Part shown: positions 17,759 to 27,069 of the stretch, one piece after another
Layout of the letters: each line of letters begins with the position of its first letter
Numbering within the stretch: position 1 is the first letter of the stretch
DNA from: Nitrosopumilus sp.
Lineage (GTDB): Archaea; Thermoproteota; Nitrososphaeria; Nitrososphaerales; Nitrosopumilaceae
DNA length: 64,000 bases
Reading direction: 5' to 3'
Assembly (NCBI GenBank): GCA_024644105.1
Contig: JAHELP010000001.1
Coordinates: 20,672-84,671 of the forward strand
Position numbers and translations under genes: made by a program
The notes under the pieces: generated by a model
What the model was told of the DNA's origin: nothing
Databases searched by the model: none
Seen by the model: the letters and a program-made list of their open reading frames with translations, nothing else

Positions 17759-18211
17759 GTGAAAGGATCAAAAAAAGCAGGCATAGTTGTATTATTTGTA
17801 TTAGGCATGAGTATTTTTGGATATTCGCAATATGCATCAGCTTCACAAATTGGAGTAAGTATCAATCAAAGCGAATTATTAAATGAAAATGATGAAGGCC
17901 AAAACTATAATGTTGAATTGCAGTTTGAAAATCCTTCATTGCTAATATTATCAGCCGGTGAAACTGAATTTTTTGTAATTTCAAATGATGAAATAATTGG
18001 AAAGGGTAATTTAGAATCATTTACTTTACAGCCATTAGATAGTAGTTATGTTAAGGGTACATTTCACACAGATGTTAATTCAGATGGTGATTCGCATTCA
18101 GTAAAGATTTCAGGTGTTATAAAATATGATTTGTTATTAACATCAATTGATGTTCCGTTTGTATATTATCCCACTGAAGAGCAAGCAAGAGAATTTATAC
18201 ATCAAGACTAG
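17759..18211 (+). CDS. Membrane-anchored LEA_2/WHy-like protein (paralog of 11745-12254)
   Basis: 150 aa. N-terminal anchor, then 'NVELQFENPSLLILSAGETEFFVISNDEIIGKGNL', which parallels 'KLEVTFLVKNPSDKTLTVSLIDFQLFGNGELLGSG'. GTG start. Confidence 0.45.
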   Translation: MKGSKKAGIVVLFVLGMSIFGYSQYASASQIGVSINQSELLNENDEGQNYNVELQFENPSLLILSAGETEFFVISNDEIIGKGNLESFTLQPLDSSYVKGTFHTDVNSDGDSHSVKISGVIKYDLLLTSIDVPFVYYPTEEQAREFIHQD

Positions 18212-18222
18212 TTTCTCAAATA

Positions 18223-19116
18223 ATGCTTACTGTTTTTGGATCTACAGCGTTAGATACTATTAGAACTCCAAAAAAAACATTAAAGAATGTTTTAGGTGGT
18301 GCTGCAACATTTGCTGCAATTTCAGCTAGTAATTTTGTAGATACCGGACTAATTGCAGTGGTTGGAAAAGATTTTCCAAAGACACATCATAAGATTTTAT
18401 CAAAATATTTAGATTTAAAAGGATTAACTATTAAAAATGGAAAAACATTTCGATATGATGGGAAATATGATGATACACTAAGTACAAGATCAACATTAAA
18501 AACAGAACTAAATGTGCTTGGTGATTTTAAAGCAAGTGTCCCTGAAGCATATAAAAAATCTCAGTTTGTATATCTTGCAAATAATGATCCAGAGCAAAAT
18601 ACTTCATTAATTAAAGAATTTGATAAAGTAAAATTTTCTATGTGTGATACAATAGATTTTTGGATTTCAACAAAACGTGATGCAGTAATTAAAATGATAA
18701 AATCAGTTGATGCTGTAGTGATTAATGATGAAGAGGCCAAACTCCTTACCAAAGAATTCAATCTGATAAAATGTGCAAAAAAAATGATGCAATGGGGAGC
18801 AAAATATGTCATTATTAAGAAAGGTGAGCATGGATCCTTGATGTTTTATGATGATGTTATTTTTCCAACTGCAGGATTTTCCTTAGAGGATGTAGTAGAT
18901 CCTACAGGTGCAGGAGACTCTTTTGCAGGTGCAATGATTGGATATCTTGCTAGTAAAAAATCTACAAGAATATCTGATATTAAAAAAGCAGTAGTATATG
19001 GAAATGTTTTAGGATCATTTGCAGTTGAAAAATATGGTTTAGATGGATTATTAAAAATAAAAAATGGGGACATTGCAAAACGTGTTAAGATATATGAAAA
19101 AATGATCCGTTTCTAA
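18223..19116 (+). CDS. PfkB-family carbohydrate/nucleoside kinase
   Basis: 297 aa. N-terminal 'GGAATFAA' and the C-terminal signature 'DPTGAGDSFAGAMIGYL'. Confidence 0.8.
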   Translation: MLTVFGSTALDTIRTPKKTLKNVLGGAATFAAISASNFVDTGLIAVVGKDFPKTHHKILSKYLDLKGLTIKNGKTFRYDGKYDDTLSTRSTLKTELNVLGDFKASVPEAYKKSQFVYLANNDPEQNTSLIKEFDKVKFSMCDTIDFWISTKRDAVIKMIKSVDAVVINDEEAKLLTKEFNLIKCAKKMMQWGAKYVIIKKGEHGSLMFYDDVIFPTAGFSLEDVVDPTGAGDSFAGAMIGYLASKKSTRISDIKKAVVYGNVLGSFAVEKYGLDGLLKIKNGDIAKRVKIYEKMIRF

Positions 19117-19154
19117 AAAGACTTAAGTTTTATTATTTCTCAAATTAATTATAA

Positions 19155-19505
19155 TTGTCACAAGAAACATCTGTAAAAGATCGATTAGATGAAATATTCA
19201 ATCTACAAAAAGGTCTTTCTGAAATGATGAAATTAGACAGATACCCAAAAGACTCTGAAGGTAGAGTTTCTGCCCTATGTACAGCAATTATGCATGAAGC
19301 AGTAGAACTACAGAGAACAACAAACTGGAAATGGTGGAAAACTCCAGTTGAATTTAATGAGGCGGAGGCAAGAGAGGAACTAATTGATATTTGGCATTTT
19401 GTTGTTCAAGCATCACTTGAGCTAAAACTTACTCCAGATGATATTTTGGATGAATACAAAAAGAAAAATGAAATTAATCGTGAAAGACAGCGAAATGGAT
19501 ATTAA
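19155..19505 (+). CDS. All-alpha NTP pyrophosphohydrolase (dimeric dUTPase/MazG-like)
   Basis: 116 aa. Contains 'AIMHEAVELQRTTNWKWWK' and 'REELIDIWHFVVQASLEL', as in dUTPase_2/MazG-type enzymes. TTG start. Confidence 0.55.
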   Translation: MSQETSVKDRLDEIFNLQKGLSEMMKLDRYPKDSEGRVSALCTAIMHEAVELQRTTNWKWWKTPVEFNEAEAREELIDIWHFVVQASLELKLTPDDILDEYKKKNEINRERQRNGY

Positions 19506-19978
19506 AAAATTCTAGATTTTTTTAAAACTGATTCAAATTTAGTTTCATTTATCAAGTTTACAAGATGTATATTATCTTGAAAGTATTTAATTTCTAATTT
19601 AGATACAGTAAGATAAGGATCGGGACTAGTAGAATTAATTATTCTATTATTTTGATCAATTCCATTTTTGTGTAATTGAAATAAAGAATGTCCTGATTTA
19701 TGACCCCAAACCTCTTTTCCACAAACTATTATGGTATCAACATTATGATTGTCATTTACATATTTAATTATAGAATCAATCCCCTTGTTTTCAGAAAGTA
19801 AACGACCTACTATTGAGATTTTTTTAATAATTTCAGAATTTGCAAAATTTTTGAGTAAATCTATGCTTGAAAGAGTACAAATTGCTATAGAAGAGTCGGG
19901 ATTCCCAAGGTAATATTCTTCATTTATGGGTAAAATGGCTTTACAGAGTTCTCCTATTGCCTCACCTAGTGCATTCAT
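19502..19978 (-). CDS. MtrA-like protein (tetrahydromethanopterin S-methyltransferase subunit A family, soluble form)
   Basis: 158 aa. 'YYLGNPDSSIAICTLSS', 'SENKGIDSIIKYV...DTIIVCGKEVWGHKSGHSLFQLHKNGIDQNNRII' and 'YFQDNIHLVNLI' line up with my memory of MtrA (YEVGD..VAV.T.GS; TENLGIEK...LLV.G.EVKGH.TGQ...LH.NGV...RIIGA; RFQ.QVELV.LI). No C-terminal TM helix. ATGA overlap with the upstream DegT gene. Confidence 0.6.
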   Translation of the reverse strand: MNALGEAIGELCKAILPINEEYYLGNPDSSIAICTLSSIDLLKNFANSEIIKKISIVGRLLSENKGIDSIIKYVNDNHNVDTIIVCGKEVWGHKSGHSLFQLHKNGIDQNNRIINSTSPDPYLTVSKLEIKYFQDNIHLVNLINETKFESVLKKSRIF

Positions 19979-21060
19979 AATATTTCACGTATAGTTTTGG
20001 CAATAAATTCAATATTTTTTTGAGTTACATGTGGGTGAATTGGTAAGGATAGCACATGTGAAGATGCCCAATCTGTAATTGCAAGTTTAGTTTTCAATTT
20101 GTAAAATGGAGTTTTATGAACTGGAGTTGGATAATAGGACGCTGCACCAATTCCTTTATTATTTAATTTTTGTAAAAGTTTGTTTCGATTATTAGCTGAA
20201 ATTGTATAAAGATACCAATTAACATTTTCATTTTTTCTTTCTTTAGGTATTACAATTTTTAGATCAGATATTAAATTTGATAAAAGTTTAGCATTGTTTT
20301 TTCTAGTCTTTAAAAATTTTGGAAGTTTTTTCATTTGTACAGATGCTATTGCAGCATTTATTTCAGGTAATCTCAAATTTAGTCCAAACATTCTAGTATC
20401 ATATCCATGAACCATTCCATGATTTCTAACCATCAATAGTTTATCTCTAAGTTTTTTATTGTTAGTTACAATAAACCCACCCTCACCTGCAGTCATTACT
20501 TTTGCAGGATACATACTATAACATCCCATTTCAAAGAAAGTTCCAGTGTGTTTTCCTTTATACGTAGAACCCAATGATTGTGCAGAATCTTCTATGATAG
20601 GAAGATTATATTTTTTAGAAATTTCAGATAGTCTCTCGATATTTGCAACGTTTCCATAAAGATGAACTGGAATTATTGCACGAGTTTTTTTAGTGATTTT
20701 TTTTTCTATTTCAATAGGATCTATAGTATAATTTTCTTTTAGAATATCAACAAAAATCGGTTTAGCTCCGGTAGAAACCACTGCATTTGCAGTAGCCACA
20801 AACGTGAATGAAGGAACCAAAACTTCATCTCCAGGTTTAATATCTAATGCATAAAGTGCTGCTTGTAATGCAGCAGTACCAGAATTTACTGCAATAGCAT
20901 ATTTCGAATTAACAAAAGATGAAGCAGATTTTTCAAATTCTTGAACATATTTTCCTCCTAAATTTGCAGCAGATGTTAAAGCACCATTTTTCAGAATAGA
21001 TGTGACTACATCTATTTCCTCCTTGCCTACAATTGGAATGTTAATGGCAATTTTCAACAT
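19975..21060 (-). CDS. DegT/DnrJ/EryC1/StrS-family PLP sugar aminotransferase
   Basis: 361 aa. Contains 'NSGTAALQAALYAL', 'VPSFTFVATANAV' and 'YPAKVMTAGEGG'. Confidence 0.85.
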   Translation of the reverse strand: MLKIAINIPIVGKEEIDVVTSILKNGALTSAANLGGKYVQEFEKSASSFVNSKYAIAVNSGTAALQAALYALDIKPGDEVLVPSFTFVATANAVVSTGAKPIFVDILKENYTIDPIEIEKKITKKTRAIIPVHLYGNVANIERLSEISKKYNLPIIEDSAQSLGSTYKGKHTGTFFEMGCYSMYPAKVMTAGEGGFIVTNNKKLRDKLLMVRNHGMVHGYDTRMFGLNLRLPEINAAIASVQMKKLPKFLKTRKNNAKLLSNLISDLKIVIPKERKNENVNWYLYTISANNRNKLLQKLNNKGIGAASYYPTPVHKTPFYKLKTKLAITDWASSHVLSLPIHPHVTQKNIEFIAKTIREIL

Positions 21061-21124
21061 TATTCCTGTTTATAACTAGTCTATAAATCTCAGCAAAGAA
21101 ACATGAATTTTTATATTTCAAAAT

Positions 21125-21703
21125 TTGGCAAACGGCATCATGAAACCACGTCATTTAGAAAAATCAGATTCAGGCTACAAAGTCTATCTATACATTTTCT
21201 ATATTTGCGGTTTCATAATGTTATCTTCATTAGTTTTTGGCGTATATGTTACCATGATAGAGTGGATAGAAAATGGAACATATGTAATGGGTGAAGCAAT
21301 TCATAATACAACTATTCCATTTGAAAATTTTGCTAGAGTATCAACTTGGATTTTTTTCTCTACAATAATTGGCTGGTACTGTGTTTCAAGAATTGGATGG
21401 AGAAGAACAGCTGGTGATAAAATTGTTGGCACAAAGATGGCACTTCTTCAGTTAATGCTATTAGGATTTTCAATTATTTCACTCTACGAAGTATTATACA
21501 ATTTTACTGTCTTAAATGCACAAATGACTGCAGGTGTTATTGATGGGGTAGTTCCTGATATTGATAAATTATCAGTTGCATATCCAGATCCTGATAGACC
21601 ATGGAATTTGGTTTTTGCAACCAAAGTTTTTCTTGCATCATTTATTATTAGTACTCATGCATTTTATCTCAGTGTGAAACCTAGAAAAAGTCTAGAAGAA
21701 TAA
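21125..21703 (+). CDS. Hypothetical integral membrane protein
   Basis: 192 aa with about 4 hydrophobic helices. The likely true start is ATG at 21140 (MKPRHLEK...). Confidence 0.5.
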   Translation: MANGIMKPRHLEKSDSGYKVYLYIFYICGFIMLSSLVFGVYVTMIEWIENGTYVMGEAIHNTTIPFENFARVSTWIFFSTIIGWYCVSRIGWRRTAGDKIVGTKMALLQLMLLGFSIISLYEVLYNFTVLNAQMTAGVIDGVVPDIDKLSVAYPDPDRPWNLVFATKVFLASFIISTHAFYLSVKPRKSLEE

Positions 21704-21747
21704 AAAATTTAAAAAAACTATTTCTACTTTGTGTGACTTAGAGCTAT

Positions 21748-21936
21748 ATGGGATTATTTGGATCCAGTAAAAATGAATTAAAATGTAAAAAATGTGGAAC
21801 AGTTTTACCTGATTCTGATAGATTAAAAAAACATCAAGATAAAGCTCATAACAAGAAGAAAGAGAAATGCAGAGTTTGTGGAGCTGAATTTGATTATTCT
21901 GAAGAGTTAAGAAAACATAAAAAGAATTGTAAGTAA
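21748..21936 (+). CDS. Double C2H2 zinc-finger mini-protein
   Basis: 62 aa. Two classical C2H2-like units: 'CKKCGTVLPDSDRLKKHQDKAH' and 'CRVCGAEFDYSEELRKHKKNC'. Confidence 0.6.
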   Translation: MGLFGSSKNELKCKKCGTVLPDSDRLKKHQDKAHNKKKEKCRVCGAEFDYSEELRKHKKNCK

Positions 21937-21939
21937 AAT

Positions 21940-22194
21940 TTACTCTGATAATCCAGATTCATATTTTGGTTGTCTTTTCAAAGCTTTTTCAATTGATTCC
22001 AAATTTTTAATCTCATTTTTTGAATTCAGAGATAAAGCTTGTATCATTTCTGAGCCTAATTGTACTGATTGTTCAGGCAATGTTTCAAGAAATTTTTCAA
22101 GACCTTTTTTATAATTTTGAATTAATTCTAATCCATCTTCAAGAGTCATAAACACTGTAAAGATGCACCCTCTATTCAAAGCTTGCAAGTTCAA
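21940..22194 (-). CDS. Hypothetical small protein
   Basis: 84-aa ORF with helical, charged composition. Non-ATG start. No family recognised. Confidence 0.35.
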   Translation of the reverse strand: MNLQALNRGCIFTVFMTLEDGLELIQNYKKGLEKFLETLPEQSVQLGSEMIQALSLNSKNEIKNLESIEKALKRQPKYESGLSE

Positions 22195-22244
22195 ATAATT
22201 TTTTAAATAACTTTATACGTTTACTACTCAAAAGTTGTTTTGAT

Positions 22245-23291
22245 TTGGATATTTTAGAAAAAATAGATTTAATTCAAAGACCTCCAACTGAAGAAATTGT
22301 TACGCAAGAAGAATTAGTAGAGTTATTCAAAACAAATTCATCACCAAATCATTACATTGGTTTAGAAATTTCTGGTTTCTTACATCTTGGTAGTCTAATT
22401 AGTACAGGTTTCAAAATTAATGATTTTGTTAAAGCTGGAGTAAAGTGTAAAATTTTTCTAGCAGATTGGCATACACTGATTAATGATAAACTAGGTGGAG
22501 ATTGGGAAACAATTGCCAAAGTTTCAAAATATTATCAAGATGCTTTCAAATTAGTTTGTCCTGATGCCGAAATCATTTTGGGTTCAAAACTATATCAAGA
22601 AAAAACAGAATATTGGTCAGAACTTGTCAAATTTACAAAACACATGACGATTGCTAGAACAATGAGGACTCTAACAATAATGGGAAGATCAGAGGATGAT
22701 GATAAAATTGATGTTGCAAAGTTGCTTTATCCTGCAATGCAAGCAGTTGATATTCATTCTTTAGATGTAGATATTGCACATGCTGGAATGGATCAAAGAA
22801 AAATCCACATGCTAGTAAGAGAAGTATTTCCAAAAATGAAATGGAAAGTTCCTGTTGCAGTTCATCACAAGTTGTTACCTGGACTTTCAAAACCTGCTGA
22901 TACAAGTGATGATAAGATACTAGGAAAAATGAGTAAATCAGATCCAAATTCAGGTATATTTGTTCATAATACTGATGATGAAATTAAGAAGAAAATTAGT
23001 AAAGCTTGGTGTGAAGAAGGAAATATTCAAAATAATCCACTATTAGAAATTTCTCGAACTGTAATCTTTCATGAATTTGATGAAATGAAAGTAGAAAGGC
23101 CAGAAAAATTTGGCGGTAATATCTCATATACTGATTATAATCAATTAGAAGTAGATTTTGCTGAAAAAAAATTACATCCGGGAGATTTGAAACAAACTGT
23201 TGGGAATTATTTAGTTAAAGTAGTTTCTCCAATTAGAGAAAAACTAAATCTCAGTGAAGAATTGACTGAGACAATTAAGAAAAGCTTTTAG
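22245..23291 (+). CDS. tyrS: Tyrosine--tRNA ligase (archaeal type)
   Basis: 348 aa. HIGH-region variant 'GLEISGFLHLGS'. 'LLYPAMQAVDIHSLDVDIAHAGMDQRKIHMLVRE' matches archaeal TyrRS. 'KMSKS' motif present. TTG start. Confidence 0.85.
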   Translation: MDILEKIDLIQRPPTEEIVTQEELVELFKTNSSPNHYIGLEISGFLHLGSLISTGFKINDFVKAGVKCKIFLADWHTLINDKLGGDWETIAKVSKYYQDAFKLVCPDAEIILGSKLYQEKTEYWSELVKFTKHMTIARTMRTLTIMGRSEDDDKIDVAKLLYPAMQAVDIHSLDVDIAHAGMDQRKIHMLVREVFPKMKWKVPVAVHHKLLPGLSKPADTSDDKILGKMSKSDPNSGIFVHNTDDEIKKKISKAWCEEGNIQNNPLLEISRTVIFHEFDEMKVERPEKFGGNISYTDYNQLEVDFAEKKLHPGDLKQTVGNYLVKVVSPIREKLNLSEELTETIKKSF

Positions 23292-24082
23292 ACTTTAAGA
23301 TTTGGATTAGTTTGTTCTTCTAGATTATATTTTGATTTGTATCCACGTGGATTAATCATCAAATCTTTGTATGTGTAGGTTGATGAATTACCTATAATTA
23401 CAGTGCTAATCATGCCTAATTGATCTGAATGATTCGGTAAATTTTCTAAATCAGTCATTACTATAGTTTGTGATTCTCTAAATGCTCCCATGATGATTGC
23501 AACTGGTGTTGTAGGTTTTCTATATTTCAAAAGAACTTTTCTTGTATCTTGTAATTGATGTATTCTCTTTTTACTAGCTGGATTGTAAATAACAATTACA
23601 AAGTCACCTTGTGCAGCTGCCTCAACTCTTTTTGAAATAACCTCCCATGGAACTAATAAATCACTCATACTAACAACCGCAAAATCTGTCATTAGTGGTG
23701 AACCGATGATTGATGCACATGAATTTAGTGCAGATACACCAGGAACAATTTCAACTTTAAGACCATCTTTAGGATTCCATCCTGATTCAGCAAGAGTTTC
23801 ATAGATTAAACCTGCCATTCCATAAATTCCAGGATCACCACTCGAAACAAGTGAGACTATTTTTCCAGATTTAGCAAGATCAATACATTGATGAGCTCTC
23901 TCAACTTCTTGAGTCATTGCATAACGATGAACGGTTTTACCTTCAATCAAATCTTGAACTAAATTTACATAAGTTTCATATCCTACAATGGTATCACTTT
24001 CACCAATCACTTCTTTTGCTCGAAAAGTCATATGATCATGATGTCCAGGACCAACACCAACAATGTAGAGTTTACCAGTCAA
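23288..24082 (-). CDS. cbiH: Precorrin-3B / cobalt-factor III C17-methyltransferase
   Basis: 264 aa. Tetrapyrrole methylase motifs 'LYIVGVGPGHHDHMT' and 'VSSGDPGIYGMAG'. Confidence 0.8.
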   Translation of the reverse strand: MTGKLYIVGVGPGHHDHMTFRAKEVIGESDTIVGYETYVNLVQDLIEGKTVHRYAMTQEVERAHQCIDLAKSGKIVSLVSSGDPGIYGMAGLIYETLAESGWNPKDGLKVEIVPGVSALNSCASIIGSPLMTDFAVVSMSDLLVPWEVISKRVEAAAQGDFVIVIYNPASKKRIHQLQDTRKVLLKYRKPTTPVAIIMGAFRESQTIVMTDLENLPNHSDQLGMISTVIIGNSSTYTYKDLMINPRGYKSKYNLEEQTNPNLKV

Positions 24083-24128
24083 TTTTAAAAGAAATATTTT
24101 TTCAAGTAATTTATCCGTTTACTGAATT

Positions 24129-25592
24129 TTATTGAAATGGATCTATGAATGGACAATTAACTATGTGATCACTGTTAGTTGGTCGCGCAATACTAACTGA
24201 TAACAATTCATCTACTCTAAATGAGTCAATATCTGACTTTGTTTCTAAAATTTTTGCAGATTCTTCATTGTTCCATTCAACGAGATAAATTCTCCACATT
24301 GGACTATAATTTGCATCTCCAAGCGAAGCTCCTGCAATTCCTGCCTGAAATCCTAATGGGCCAGATCCAATGATTCCGTTTTTAAATTGGAAAAGATCAA
24401 CTGCTCCGGAATGAGCAATTAGATTTGCAGAACTGGGAGATGATACTACTCCCATGGTCTTAGCAGGTCCTGATGGAGTGGCATCTGTTACAATATAGTA
24501 GATTGTTCTTCCATCTGGTCCCCAACCCCTATGAGCTACAAAAGTTACAGTCATTTCTTCTTCATTAATTTCAGTTATTTGACCACCGCTGTATGACATT
24601 TCATTAGTAATTTCTTTATCAGAACGAACAGTCAGTTGTCCATCAGGCCACATAATTTGTGGAGTATTTAATACAACTCCTGTTTCATTGAAAATAATTC
24701 TACCACCTTTTTCTGCTGCAATAATTTCTTCTGCAGATTTGAATTCAATTTGTTTTTGACCAACTTTCCATGTAACTTCAATTACAGAATTCAAAGCACT
24801 GTATTTTGATTCTTGTGAGGGAGTACTAGAGAATACTTCATTTTGAAATCCATAGATTCCATCTCCTTTTACTCCATTTTTAAAAATAAATAATTTTTGT
24901 AGAGTTTTATCTGGGACTGTACCAATTACAGGAGCAAGTTCTACTTTCCATTCTTGTTTATCTGTAATTATTTTTGCATAATTTTCATCACTGCCATCAG
25001 TGATTATGTAAAAAACAGGATTTCCTTCATAAATTCCTTGATGCATTGGAATTGTAGCTGGAACATTTGTTCTTGAAAGTAGCATTGATGGTTTTTCTTT
25101 TTCTAATTCAATTTTTTGCATTATTACTTCAGTAGGTTGCCCTCTAATCCATCCATCAACACTTACAGTAGAAGTAAATTCTTTAGAATTAGGAGAATGT
25201 AAAGCAAGAGCAGCACCTGTAAATTCAAACGAACCAGATTTTTCTTGCAAGTCAATTAAAGACAAACCATAAACAGTTTTTCCATCTACACTCCAAGTAG
25301 GTTGTCCTTTTGATTCCTGAGAACTAATTTCATGTAAAACTACAATCTGTACAGGCTCACTAGAGGTAAATGTCATTGAACCGTCATAGATTGTTCCTTT
25401 ATTTGGAGATAGTATAATTGATAGTTGATGATTTTCATGTCCTTGTCCTGGATCTTGAGAGGATGTAATAGTTTGAGTAAAGTGAATTTTTTTTCTAGAA
25501 CCAGCATCAACAAATTGTTCTGATGTTGAAGATACAAAAATTATACTTATAGCAAAAATTCCAATTATTAATAGAGCTGGAAGTTTTTTCAA
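24129..25592 (-). CDS. Secreted protein of unknown function with an internal duplication
   Basis: 487 aa. Signal/anchor 'LPALLIIGIFAISIIFVSS'. Two repeats share Y(Y/I)I(V/I)TD...AK...LF.FKNG..G.G..GFQ...YS....W. Confidence 0.6.
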   Translation of the reverse strand: MKKLPALLIIGIFAISIIFVSSTSEQFVDAGSRKKIHFTQTITSSQDPGQGHENHQLSIILSPNKGTIYDGSMTFTSSEPVQIVVLHEISSQESKGQPTWSVDGKTVYGLSLIDLQEKSGSFEFTGAALALHSPNSKEFTSTVSVDGWIRGQPTEVIMQKIELEKEKPSMLLSRTNVPATIPMHQGIYEGNPVFYIITDGSDENYAKIITDKQEWKVELAPVIGTVPDKTLQKLFIFKNGVKGDGIYGFQNEVFSSTPSQESKYSALNSVIEVTWKVGQKQIEFKSAEEIIAAEKGGRIIFNETGVVLNTPQIMWPDGQLTVRSDKEITNEMSYSGGQITEINEEEMTVTFVAHRGWGPDGRTIYYIVTDATPSGPAKTMGVVSSPSSANLIAHSGAVDLFQFKNGIIGSGPLGFQAGIAGASLGDANYSPMWRIYLVEWNNEESAKILETKSDIDSFRVDELLSVSIARPTNSDHIVNCPFIDPFQ

Positions 25593-25630
25593 TAAATAAT
25601 CTTGATGTTGTTCCCTTAAATTATTTTGTC

Positions 25631-27034
25631 TTAATTGATTTTGTCTAGAGCAAATTCATTATGTAATGCTTTTACAGCAGCATTTGTATCAGAATTTTTC
25701 ACAACAAATGCAAGATTTAGTTCAGAAGAACCTTGAGTTATCATTGAAACGTTTACTTTATTTTTCTCAATTGCACCAAAAACTTTTGAGGCAACTCCCA
25801 CAGTTCCTCTCATTCCTGAACCAATTAATGCAATAATTGCAACATTTGTAGTAACTTCTAATTTTTTAATTATTTTACCTAACAATTCTAATTCTAATGC
25901 ACTAACTGCTTTGTCAAGATCAGTGTTCTTTACTACAATCGTGATACTTGATTCAGAAGGATTTTGAGAAATCATCATTACATTGATTCCTGCTTTTGCT
26001 AGTGTTGCAAATATTTTTGCTGCAGTACCTGGAGTTCCAACCATGCTACCGCCCTGAACATCAATTAATCCATTATTTCTGACATTACTTACACATTTTA
26101 CAGTATTTTTTACAGCAGCAGAAGTTGATGCAGTTACTAAAGTTCCCTCATTTTTTATGTTAAATGAATTTCTAATTTTCATTGGGATTTTCTTTGTCAT
26201 TAGAGGCTCAAATGTTCGTGGATGTATTTGCTTTGCACCAAACAGAGCCATCTCAATTGCCTCAATGTAGGACACTTCTTTGAGTAATTTTGCATTTTTT
26301 ACAATCTTGGGATCAGCAGTCATTAATCCATCAACATCACTCATTAACCAAATTTCATCTGCTTTAATGCAAGAACCAATAATTGTAGCAGAATAATCTG
26401 AACCTCCTCTACCAAAAGTAGTTACATGACCATGTTGATCAGCTCCCACAAATCCTCCTACAACAGGAATTGTTTTCTTTGAAAATAGTTCATCTACATT
26501 CTTTGATACACGTAAACGAGTTGTATCTATGAGTGGTTTTGATTCACCAAAATTTGAATCAGTAACAATTCCTACTTCTTTTCCTGTCAAAGGAATAGAT
26601 TTTTTTCCTGAATCATTGATTGCTGATGAAACTAATTTTATTGATAGTCTTTCTCCAAATGAAAATAAATAATCCATTGTTCTAGGTGTAACCTCACCTA
26701 GTAACACCATTCCATCAATTAATGCAACAAGTTCATTAAAGTCTTGATCAAATTTTACAAGTAATTTTTTTCTAATGTCAGATTTTTTGATTGTTTGTTT
26801 TGCTAATTGTTTATGTCTATTGGTAATTTTTGATGCAAGTTGCTCAGCTTTAGATTTATTTTCTTTTTTTATTGATTCTGAAATTTCTATTAGATCATCA
26901 GTAGTTCCACTAGTTGCAGAGCATACAACAACAATTTGATGTTTCTTTGATAATTCGTTTAGGTGTTTAGCTATTGATTGAATATCTTTTGCTGCAGATA
27001 TTGATGTTCCACCATATTTTATTACAAGTCTCAA
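25631..27034 (-). CDS. Aspartate kinase
   Basis: 467 aa. Contains 'VIKYGGTSI' and 'TFGRGGSDYSA', plus two C-terminal ACT-like repeats. TTG start. Confidence 0.9.
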   Translation of the reverse strand: MRLVIKYGGTSISAAKDIQSIAKHLNELSKKHQIVVVCSATSGTTDDLIEISESIKKENKSKAEQLASKITNRHKQLAKQTIKKSDIRKKLLVKFDQDFNELVALIDGMVLLGEVTPRTMDYLFSFGERLSIKLVSSAINDSGKKSIPLTGKEVGIVTDSNFGESKPLIDTTRLRVSKNVDELFSKKTIPVVGGFVGADQHGHVTTFGRGGSDYSATIIGSCIKADEIWLMSDVDGLMTADPKIVKNAKLLKEVSYIEAIEMALFGAKQIHPRTFEPLMTKKIPMKIRNSFNIKNEGTLVTASTSAAVKNTVKCVSNVRNNGLIDVQGGSMVGTPGTAAKIFATLAKAGINVMMISQNPSESSITIVVKNTDLDKAVSALELELLGKIIKKLEVTTNVAIIALIGSGMRGTVGVASKVFGAIEKNKVNVSMITQGSSELNLAFVVKNSDTNAAVKALHNEFALDKIN

Positions 27035-27069
27035 TTCAAAATACCTGAACTAGTTAATCTTTAAATGCT

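Noticed and set aside
18561-19073. Minus-strand ORFs 18561-18812 and 18846-19073 inside the PfkB kinase gene
   Set aside because: They are antisense to a confidently identified kinase and have no recognisable motifs.
21103-21294. 63-aa plus-strand ORF overlapping the start of membrane protein 21125-21703 in another frame
   Set aside because: The overlapping 192-aa frame continues as a coherent multi-TM protein. The short frame is Arg/His/Phe-rich and ends within the longer gene.
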